A DNA stretch of 64,000 bases from Candidatus Woesearchaeota archaeon (GTDB lineage: Archaea > Nanobdellota > Nanobdellia > Woesearchaeales > JABIAG01): the NCBI GenBank assembly GCA_018653365.1, contig JABIAG010000001.1:260772-324771 (forward strand), given 5' to 3'. Below are positions 30,245 through 38,369 of the stretch, one piece after another. A program made the position numbers and the translations under genes. The notes below the pieces were generated by a model. The model made no database searches. It worked only from the letters and a program-made list of their open reading frames with translations, and was not told where the DNA came from. Every line of letters begins with the position of its first letter. Position 1 is the first letter of the stretch.

Positions 30245-30859
30245 TTATATCACCTTCACTCTGTCATTTAATGGTTCTCTGTTGGGTTTGCCACCAAGTT
30301 CGTTCTTAGGGTATCCAAATCTTATTCCGCTAACTAATTGAAAATCTTTTTTATTAATTTTAACCCAATCATAAATTTCTGGATTGATCCCTGTTTCGAG
30401 TAAATCTCCAGTAATGCAGGCTCCAATTCCTAAATGGTGCGCGGTTAAAGCCATGTTTTGTAATACGCAACCAATGTTGACGAGATCACTATATGCAAAG
30501 CCTCCAACATTTAAAAAATATGATTTAACTTTGCCTCCATAAAACCTGGGATCAACAAAAATTGATCTTCGCTTTTCAAAAAATATTGCTACAATTGCTT
30601 TTGGAATGTTTGTTTCATTAAATTCTTTTTGATCTATAAGTAGGTTTTTCCCTTCTGGGCGTTCAGGAGTTTTAGCATTCATTATTTTATGAATTAACTT
30701 TTTATTTTTTATAACAACAAAATACCAGGGCTGTGAATTTTTAGAACTTGGGGCATAATGGCCATGTTCTAATATTTTTGAAATTGTCTCATCCGAGATT
30801 TCTTTATTTTCATCATACAATCTTACGGATCTTCTATCCTTTATTGTTTTTAGTATCAT
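30245..30859 (-). CDS. nitroreductase-family protein
   Basis: RRSVRLY...APSSKNSQPWYFVVI FMN-binding nitroreductase motif. Its stop abuts the radical SAM start. Confidence 0.75.
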   Translation of the reverse strand: MILKTIKDRRSVRLYDENKEISDETISKILEHGHYAPSSKNSQPWYFVVIKNKKLIHKIMNAKTPERPEGKNLLIDQKEFNETNIPKAIVAIFFEKRRSIFVDPRFYGGKVKSYFLNVGGFAYSDLVNIGCVLQNMALTAHHLGIGACITGDLLETGINPEIYDWVKINKKDFQLVSGIRFGYPKNELGGKPNREPLNDRVKVI

Positions 30860-31416
30860 TCTTATCCCCTTCGGTATGCATGTTCTTTTGTGAGGGGCAG
30901 GGTTTTTTCAAACCTTTTTGTAACAAAAGGAAATAAACCGTGTCCCATTTTACTCCCTTGTGGGGCCATGGTCATGATTACTGCATGTCTTCTGACTGTG
31001 GGTTTTTCATATGTTTGAAGTTTGCTTTTCATTGTTTGATAACTCATTTTGAATTGCCTCTTAAATACCAAATTCCTAATTCTTGATTGAGGTTTTTGGA
31101 TGGTTGTTTTTTCTTTCTTTTACGATATTCAATTTGTTCTTCAATCTCATCTGCGGTGGGATCTGCTGCTCTTGACATTTTAATTTGTACTGGGCAAATA
31201 CCAAATTCCCTTTTCTTGAGATAGGTTTTTTGAACACTTGTGTTTGAGTGCTTTGTATTGACTTTCCAGGTATTGTTTTGCTATCATTTGTTTCACCTCT
31301 TTCCACTTACAAGTGGTAACTATGTTATTAGTAAAGTGCAGGTGTTATTTATATATTTCTAGAGAAACGCCTTAAATAAGGGTAATCTTTATATATAGTG
31401 CCTTATTAATTAAGGT

Positions 31417-31899
31417 ATGCCGGTTAAAACAAGCTTAAAATCAAGAGCAATTGATGAAATAGACAAAAAAATCTTGATGATACTGCAAGATGATGGACGA
31501 GAACAACTAACTTCTATCTCAAAGAAGGTTGGACTAAGTATAGATTCTGTACATAAACGAATAAAAGAGATGATGAGAAAAGATATTGTCGGAATAACCA
31601 CCTCTATAGATCCAAGAAAGATTGGGTACGACCTTATTGCCGATAATAAAATACGGCTAAAGAATGTGAGTGCTGAAGAGAGAACTCAATTTATAAGATA
31701 TTTGCAACAACATAATAGAGTGATAGATATATTTGCACTAATGGGGGACTATGATCTTACCTGTGTATTAATAGCAAAGGATTCAAATGAACTCGAGAAA
31801 TTAATAACTGAAATAAGACAAAAGTTTAGAGACCTAATTGATGAATGGAAAAGTTTGCTAGTATTAAAAACATATAAAATAGATCGCTACGATCTTTAA
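31417..31899 (+). CDS. Lrp/AsnC-family transcriptional regulator
   Basis: IDKKILMILQDDGREQLTSISKKVGLSIDSVHKRIKEM HTH plus a C-terminal RAM domain. Confidence 0.8.
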   Translation: MPVKTSLKSRAIDEIDKKILMILQDDGREQLTSISKKVGLSIDSVHKRIKEMMRKDIVGITTSIDPRKIGYDLIADNKIRLKNVSAEERTQFIRYLQQHNRVIDIFALMGDYDLTCVLIAKDSNELEKLITEIRQKFRDLIDEWKSLLVLKTYKIDRYDL

Positions 31900-33263
31900 T
31901 CAACATCTAAATGCCATCTAACATCTTTCTTAAGAATAACATTAGCTTGAGGGGGAATAGTTCCTTTTTTGTATGTGTAAATTGTTTGCTTTTTTATTTT
32001 ATCAATAATCTTCCAAGAGGTCTCAACCTCTTTTGCATGAATAAATGAAGATTTATTACCCTGAAAAACATCCAATAATAAGTTTTCATATGCTTTTGGA
32101 GAGTTAGGTTCAACACAAGACTGACAATAATCCATTTTAACTGGTTTAATATCTTTCTTACCAGGAACTTTAGCATTAATATGTAAATGAAAACCCTCCT
32201 TGGGTTGGATTTCAATAGTTAAATGATTTGGAATAAAGTCACAAACTCCTTTAAGTAAACCACAAGGAAGTTTCTTGAATTCAACATGAATTAGGACGAG
32301 TTTATTTTTTAGGTTCTTGCCTGTTAAAATGTAAAAGGGGGTTCGTTTCCAACGAGAATTATTTATCTGAAATTCACCACTAAAAAAAGTTTCAGTGCTC
32401 GAATTAGGTTTAACCCCGTTTTCTTTTTTATAACCTTCATACTGACCAAAAACACTTTTCTTTAATTTAGTTTTTTTAAGAACTGACAGTTTTTTTTCTC
32501 TAATCACTTTAGTAGAAAGTGAAGAGGGTTTTTCCATTGCAGTCAAAGCTAATAATTGTAGGGCATGATTTTGAACCACATCCTTTAAAGCACCATATTT
32601 ATCATAAAAACTTCCACGATCTCCAACTCCAAAATTTTCACTAAGAATTATTTGAATGTTATCAATATATTTCTTATTCCAAATAGGTTCAAGGAAAATA
32701 TTAGTAAAACGTAAAATAGATAAATTTTGAACGAGCTCTTTACCAAGATAATGATCAATTCGAAATATTTGAGATTCTTTGAAAACTTTTTGCACACCTC
32801 GATTTAATAATCTTGCAGATTTTAAATTAGAACCAAATGGTTTCTCAAAAACAACACGATGCCAACAATTATCTTTTTTGTTAAAACCCTGTTCACCAAG
32901 TTGATTTGCAATAACCTCAAAATGGGTTGGAAGCGTAGCAAGATAAAATAAACGATTACCTGGAAGAGTGTTCTTTTTTTCTAAATCTAAAATGAACTTT
33001 TTTAGATTCACAAAACTAGCTTTATTCTGAAAATTTGCAGAAAAATAATGGAAACTATCTTTTAAAATATTAAACGTTTTAGAATCTAAATTTTTAATAA
33101 ACTTTTTTGAGTGTTCTAAAATATTTTGAGAACGGTCTCTCGCAACACCCACTACAATGAACTTTTCTAATTTTTTGTTCTTGATAAGATTATACAATGC
33201 AGGAATTAACTTCTTCTTTGTTAAATCTCCAGTTGCTCCTAAAATAACTATTGTACAATTCAT
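31896..33263 (-). CDS. zwf: glucose-6-phosphate 1-dehydrogenase
   Basis: NADP site VILGATGDLTKKKLIPALYNL and the G6PD active-site signature RIDHYLGKE. Start at MNCTIV (33263), so it does not overlap the upstream gene. Confidence 0.85.
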   Translation of the reverse strand: MNCTIVILGATGDLTKKKLIPALYNLIKNKKLEKFIVVGVARDRSQNILEHSKKFIKNLDSKTFNILKDSFHYFSANFQNKASFVNLKKFILDLEKKNTLPGNRLFYLATLPTHFEVIANQLGEQGFNKKDNCWHRVVFEKPFGSNLKSARLLNRGVQKVFKESQIFRIDHYLGKELVQNLSILRFTNIFLEPIWNKKYIDNIQIILSENFGVGDRGSFYDKYGALKDVVQNHALQLLALTAMEKPSSLSTKVIREKKLSVLKKTKLKKSVFGQYEGYKKENGVKPNSSTETFFSGEFQINNSRWKRTPFYILTGKNLKNKLVLIHVEFKKLPCGLLKGVCDFIPNHLTIEIQPKEGFHLHINAKVPGKKDIKPVKMDYCQSCVEPNSPKAYENLLLDVFQGNKSSFIHAKEVETSWKIIDKIKKQTIYTYKKGTIPPQANVILKKDVRWHLDVD

Positions 33264-33301
33264 GAAGATATATGCGTCTAAACAGTATAATAATCTTTTG
33301 T

Positions 33302-33775
33302 TTAAGCAACTTTCTCTTTCCAATTAGAATTAACCTTTTCTAAAAAAGGCAACATTTTTGGTTTGAATTCAGAATTCCAAAAATTAATTGCATTATCAAT
33401 AAATGCACCTTCTTGAAGTTTGTCTTTCTTTAAACCAATTAAAGTATTAGAACTAGTAATTTGAACAAGTTTATTCATTATGTTAAGTAATTCAGTTCGT
33501 TCCTCTTCACTAAACAACTGATGTTCAGTCATAGATAAAAGTGAGTTTGGGATAGGCATAACAATTCCATGAAGGTAACCAATCCAAGAATTATAAGTGT
33601 CAGTAATCCTTTTACAAATTTGTCTGGAAAGTTGAACACTAACAAAACCTTCATGTTGAACAAAATCTTTAATGAAAAAAACTTCATCCAATTCATCAAG
33701 TGTTACATTAAATTTAAGAGTTTGTTTAAGTTTAGTAAACTCTTCATTTAGTGTTATTAGTAATTCTTTTTTCAT
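33302..33775 (-). CDS. hypothetical protein
   Basis: 157-aa ORF upstream of and co-directional with zwf. Confidence 0.4.
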   Translation of the reverse strand: MKKELLITLNEEFTKLKQTLKFNVTLDELDEVFFIKDFVQHEGFVSVQLSRQICKRITDTYNSWIGYLHGIVMPIPNSLLSMTEHQLFSEEERTELLNIMNKLVQITSSNTLIGLKKDKLQEGAFIDNAINFWNSEFKPKMLPFLEKVNSNWKEKVA

Positions 33776-33857
33776 ATTGTGGAAGTTGTATGGTGTGGTT
33801 TAAAAAGATTCTGCAATTTAGCGAAATACTTATAAAATCACATTAATAAGTGAAACT

Positions 33858-34556
33858 ATGATAAAAGAGCTATACCCTTCTGAAGCATATCTTAAAAACA
33901 ATCCTTCTTGGCATTCCAAAGATTCATACTGGAAAGCCAAACAAATAATAAAAATAATCAAGAAAAACAATCAAACATACGATTCAATCTGCGAGGTGGG
34001 GTGCGGAGCAGGCGAAATTCTTATTCAATTACAAAAAAGTATGCACAAAAAATGCGATTTTAGGGGATACGAAATTTCACCCGCTGCTTACAAAATTTGT
34101 AAAGAGAAAGAGAATGAAAAAATAAACTTCAAATTTAAAGATATTCTATTAGAAGAAAACGTTACTTTTGAACTAATGTTAATTATTGACGTAATCGAAC
34201 ACTTAGAAGATTATGCGAACTTTCTAGAAAAAACTAAAACCAAAAGCAAACATAAAATATTTCATATTCCTTTAGAAATGAACGCCTTAAGCATATTAAG
34301 AAAACAAGCTCTTTTAACAAAAAGAAAGAAAGTGGGACACATACATTTTTTCACAAAAGAATTAGCAATTCAAACCCTAAAAGATTGTGGATATGAAATT
34401 TTAGACTATTTTTATACTGCTGGCGGGGTAGAACTCAAATCTAAAAGTATTAGAAACAATTTGCTAAGACTTCCAAGAAAAATACTTTTTGCAATAAATA
34501 AAGATTTCTGTGTTCGTCTCTTAGGCGGGTATTCACTTTTAGTATTAGCAAAATGA
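33858..34556 (+). CDS. class I SAM-dependent methyltransferase
   Basis: Motif I ICEVGCGAGEIL and the downstream LIIDVIEHL motif. Confidence 0.7.
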   Translation: MIKELYPSEAYLKNNPSWHSKDSYWKAKQIIKIIKKNNQTYDSICEVGCGAGEILIQLQKSMHKKCDFRGYEISPAAYKICKEKENEKINFKFKDILLEENVTFELMLIIDVIEHLEDYANFLEKTKTKSKHKIFHIPLEMNALSILRKQALLTKRKKVGHIHFFTKELAIQTLKDCGYEILDYFYTAGGVELKSKSIRNNLLRLPRKILFAINKDFCVRLLGGYSLLVLAK

Positions 34557-35168
34557 TTATTCTTGTAAAAATTCAATTAAACCACGATGACGTATGGCAC
34601 TAACCATTGCACGATAATGATCTTCAAAAGTATCCAGGTTTATTTCTGCTCTACTTAAAAGTCTTTTTCCATAAGTGTTTTTAGGACAAAACTCGACCTT
34701 TTCTCCTGCTGGACGAAATTTACGACATTCTGCCCCAGTAATTTCAGCAATTCTTGCTCTAAACTTACTTTTCTCATTTTCTAAATCCTGGGTTGCGAAT
34801 TGGTCTATTGTGCTAAAACCCATTTTTGTGACTATATTTATTACACTATACGCAGAATGTACAAGTTGAAGTAATCTTAAATCTTCTTTGTCAAACTCAT
34901 ATCCGTCCTGTTGAAGTTGTCTATAAGATTTTAAACATTCTAGTATAAACGTTCTGTCACTCCAACCGAGTATTTGAGTTTGCACTCTTTGTTCCCATAA
35001 GTCTGCATTTAGAGTTGCAACAATTTTCGGAAGGGTCTGAGGTCCTGAAGTAACCGCATGAACGATTAAACCTGTCTTATTCCTATTTATCAAATCTGCA
35101 TGTTGTACACAAGAAGGTGCGTCTGTTAACAACTTTCTTGTCCTGGTCGCTACCTCATAAACGTTCAT
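34557..35168 (-). CDS. hypothetical protein (Lys-poor)
   Basis: 203-aa ORF divergent from the CARF-HEPN gene. Confidence 0.4.
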   Translation of the reverse strand: MNVYEVATRTRKLLTDAPSCVQHADLINRNKTGLIVHAVTSGPQTLPKIVATLNADLWEQRVQTQILGWSDRTFILECLKSYRQLQQDGYEFDKEDLRLLQLVHSAYSVINIVTKMGFSTIDQFATQDLENEKSKFRARIAEITGAECRKFRPAGEKVEFCPKNTYGKRLLSRAEINLDTFEDHYRAMVSAIRHRGLIEFLQE

Positions 35169-35181
35169 AACCTAAAGAAGG

Positions 35182-36534
35182 TTGTCTAATCTTAAAAAGA
35201 TTCTGGCATTTACCAAAGATTTAAAAAAGAGGTTAAATTGCTTTAATTCTTATATGGCAAGTGGATTAATTCTAGCACCTGGTTTAGACGAGTTTATGGC
35301 AGAATTTACTGTAAAAGAGATCAAGGCAGATCATGTAGCTTTCATGGCAACAGAAGCCACAGTAGAATTAATTCATCATGTTGTGGAAAAATTAGAGATA
35401 AAATCATATAAAACATTCTTTGTAAAAAACATAATCAGTACATCTGAAGCAATAGAAGAATTCATCAACGCATTTCAATGGCTAAAAGAAAAAGAGTGTA
35501 CTAAAATAACAGTAGACGCAACAAATTGTATAACTGTAATGGAAATGGCAACCTATGTTGCAGCAAGTTTAATGGACCTGTTTGAAAAAGGAGAAACTGA
35601 ACACGAAGTGAACTTAGTGTATGTACATTCAGATTTTGAAATTAAAAAAGATGGAGTTGCGGGAGAGGTAAGGGGAACAGAACGATTAATTGAACTAGAA
35701 AAGCCATTAGATAGTTTAGGAATTATCTTGGCACACGACGCAATACATGCATTTAATAGTAACCGATACGTACAAGCTGCAGAAAACTTTAAAGTATTGG
35801 GAGAGAATTCCACTTCTGATAAATCATTATTTTACCGAGGGTTGAAACACCTGTCTCAGGCATACAATTTTTGGGATAAAATGAACTTTAATGATGCACT
35901 ACTTGCTTTGAAAAAAGCAGAAGATGAACTTAATAGAGTGTGGTACACAAGAAACAAAAGTGCTTTTTCCCATGTGAAAGAAAACATTAAGGTTCTAGAA
36001 GAACTAAAAAACCATAATGAACTTGCAGTAATAATTGACCTGTACATGAACGCAGTAAGACGACAAAAATCAGAAAGGTATGATGACGCTCTCGCAAGAC
36101 TTTATGCGTGTGTTGAAAGAATTTCACAACACCAATTAAAAGAACATGGAATTGTTACAAAAAATCCAGATTATTCTAACTTACCTAAAGAGGTTAAGGA
36201 TAGATTTGAAAAAGAGATCGGACTACCTAAAGAATTAGAACTGAAAAAAGGACTGTATCTATTATCTTTGCTAAATGATCCAATAGGAAAAGAAGTACTA
36301 GGTCTGCGTTACAAGTCAATAGTCGGAATTATTGGATTACGTAATACCTCAATACTAGCACATGGAATAAAACCCATCGGTGAGAAAAACTTTCTTGATT
36401 TCAAAGAAAAATTATCAGATAAACTATACAATGCATTCTTATTACATTATAAAATGGGAGCAGGATTTATTGATGGCCATAAACACATAAAACTCTCAAA
36501 TGTACGTGATTTGATGTATAAAGAAAGATTTTAA
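35182..36534 (+). CDS. CARF-HEPN protein, Csx1/Csm6-like (orphan, no cas context in window)
   Basis: N-terminal Rossmann-like CARF pattern (LILAPGLDEF ... KITVDATNCITVMEMA). Central YMNAVRRQKSERYDDALARLYACVE helix is typical of Csx1/Csm6 HEPN. C-terminal RNTSILAHG contains the R-x4-6-H motif. Confidence 0.5.
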   Translation: MSNLKKILAFTKDLKKRLNCFNSYMASGLILAPGLDEFMAEFTVKEIKADHVAFMATEATVELIHHVVEKLEIKSYKTFFVKNIISTSEAIEEFINAFQWLKEKECTKITVDATNCITVMEMATYVAASLMDLFEKGETEHEVNLVYVHSDFEIKKDGVAGEVRGTERLIELEKPLDSLGIILAHDAIHAFNSNRYVQAAENFKVLGENSTSDKSLFYRGLKHLSQAYNFWDKMNFNDALLALKKAEDELNRVWYTRNKSAFSHVKENIKVLEELKNHNELAVIIDLYMNAVRRQKSERYDDALARLYACVERISQHQLKEHGIVTKNPDYSNLPKEVKDRFEKEIGLPKELELKKGLYLLSLLNDPIGKEVLGLRYKSIVGIIGLRNTSILAHGIKPIGEKNFLDFKEKLSDKLYNAFLLHYKMGAGFIDGHKHIKLSNVRDLMYKERF

Positions 36535-36588
36535 TTCTCGTGCTTAAATATGGCTAATCTTTTTAAATAAAGTGATATTAGCTGATGC

Positions 36589-38136
36589 ATGCCTGATTTT
36601 AGATCTACAAAAGAATTCGAAAGACTCTGTTTTGATGCAGAAGCATTTTTACAAGCTCAATCTGCAGGTTCAACAAAATATCTTTTGGTAATAAACCAAG
36701 AAAGACTTCTGACTGCATTAGGACCTGCGTTTACACTGAAGTGGGCACTAGAACCCGAAGAAATAGTAGAAGAGAAAAAACCAAAAAAAGAAGGCGACGA
36801 ACCGGAAATAAAAATCGACCGTCCAAGAGAACGAGCTAAAAGAAGAATAGATACTTTACAAGGAGAAATCAGACGGCAGTTAAGAGCTAATGCTGGATTA
36901 ACTATTGAACAAATAGGGCAAAACCACAGATATGGGCTAGTAGATCTGTTAAGTATACCGGTTTTAGATGAAGCTGCTGTAAGTGGAACTTTACTGGAAG
37001 GTCAAACGTGTTTGAAAATACTCAGAATAGTAAAACCTGGAAAATTAAAAGATTATAAAAAAAGATTTTCAAGATTCGACTTTAAACCATACTTACATCA
37101 AACCGAAACATTGACTGGCCTGGACTTAGAAAATATCTGTGCACATACTGAAGAAAGAAGAATAGAAAACCCTGCTTTGGTCGGGTTAAAAGATATTTTC
37201 ATAGAAAGTTATGAAGGAAGCAATATTGCAGGAGCATTAAATTTTCTTAGAGAACGAGCAACTGCACAATCTTTGAGCATATTAAGACAATCTGCAGAAG
37301 AAGTTTTTAGAACAAACAGTCAGATGATACAAGGAGACAAATTTGAAGAAGTGGAAGGAAGAAATTATGTGGAACTTTTGAGAGAATTAGGACATATTTC
37401 TTCATCAGATTATGCACAAGCAAAAGCAATGATGTTTGCCGGACATAAAGCAGTACATGGAGAACACACCGCATTCCATTCCCTCAACGCATTACTCTTT
37501 TATTCCTGGATTACTGATTATGTAGATAGAACTGTAGGAATGCACAGACTAACTAAATCAAAAGTAAATGGGACCTCTCTAAACATGCCTTACAATCAAG
37601 AATTAGATGAAGAAAGACACGGATTTACAAGAGCAATCTTTGATCAGTTTCAAGCAATGAGGGCAACAGAACCTGCAGGCAAGTATGAGGGAGGGCTTTT
37701 AGCGGGAGATAGAACAGTTAGCAAAGTGGATGCAATGACAAATGCAATGCAATTATTAGAATATGTTAAGCCATTAATTGACGATCTTTGTATGTCTGAC
37801 CAAAAGTTTTGTGAAGTTATGAGTTTTTGGAGAGGAAGACACGAGAAGAAAAAGTATGCAGAATATTCAAGTGAAGATGCACTGAGAGCAAACCTATTTG
37901 TTTTTGGAATATGCTATAAAGCACACAGACAAGAACCCTCAAGATTAGAATTAAAAGTTCCAGGGGATAGGGGAGATAATAATCTTTTCGTAGCAATAAG
38001 AAGAAAAGCAGCAGGACCAACGTTCTACAGTGAAGTGTTTAGAGACTTAGAACCTGCTTTGAATTCACAATTAACTATGGCAAAAGAAATAGCAGAAGCT
38101 TATCTGGCAACGCTTGTTGGAATTGAGTTGAAATAA
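36589..38136 (+). CDS. hypothetical protein (Arg-rich, Lys-poor)
   Basis: 515-aa ORF with no recognised motif, ending 36 nt from the tRNA-Gln 3' end. Confidence 0.5.
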   Translation: MPDFRSTKEFERLCFDAEAFLQAQSAGSTKYLLVINQERLLTALGPAFTLKWALEPEEIVEEKKPKKEGDEPEIKIDRPRERAKRRIDTLQGEIRRQLRANAGLTIEQIGQNHRYGLVDLLSIPVLDEAAVSGTLLEGQTCLKILRIVKPGKLKDYKKRFSRFDFKPYLHQTETLTGLDLENICAHTEERRIENPALVGLKDIFIESYEGSNIAGALNFLRERATAQSLSILRQSAEEVFRTNSQMIQGDKFEEVEGRNYVELLRELGHISSSDYAQAKAMMFAGHKAVHGEHTAFHSLNALLFYSWITDYVDRTVGMHRLTKSKVNGTSLNMPYNQELDEERHGFTRAIFDQFQAMRATEPAGKYEGGLLAGDRTVSKVDAMTNAMQLLEYVKPLIDDLCMSDQKFCEVMSFWRGRHEKKKYAEYSSEDALRANLFVFGICYKAHRQEPSRLELKVPGDRGDNNLFVAIRRKAAGPTFYSEVFRDLEPALNSQLTMAKEIAEAYLATLVGIELK

Positions 38137-38171
38137 AAATATAGTTCTAGTTTATTGCTTAATTAAAAAAA

Positions 38172-38284
38172 TGGTAGCCCCACCCAGATTCGAACTGGGG
38201 TCCCCGGACATTTTCATCTAAAACATCCAGATCGGCTTTTCAGATACCAAAATCCGAAATGATTGACCACTACACCATGGGGCT
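38172..38284 (-). tRNA. tRNA-Gln (anticodon UUG) with 37-nt canonical-position intron and genomically encoded CCA
   Basis: Acceptor AGCCCCA/TGGGGCT. Anticodon stem TCGGA/TCCGG with loop TTTTGG(G) interrupted after position 37. Intron forms an hBH-like structure (TTTT/AAAA and ATCT/AGAT helices). T-arm CCCAGTTCGAATCTGGG. ACCA at the 3' end. Confidence 0.75.
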
Positions 38285-38369
38285 ATAGTTCAAAAAAACC
38301 TGGGTTAATTAATAAATGTTTTTCTTTATTGTTGGAAAGATTTATTAAATAGTTGACGTTAAATAAGGT

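Noticed and set aside
31925-31940. 16-mer TTTCTTAAGAATAACA shared between the zwf 3' coding region and the 63356 repeat
   Set aside because: At this AT content several 16-mer coincidences are expected by chance across 64 kb on both strands. Only the 18-bp pair flanking 63409..63888 was kept, and that only with low confidence.
34557-35168. Minimal nucleotidyltransferase or HEPN partner for the CARF-HEPN gene
   Set aside because: SG...DLWE does not satisfy the GS-x9-13-D-x-D/E motif, and RAMVSAIRH has R-x7-H spacing outside the HEPN range. No assignment was made.
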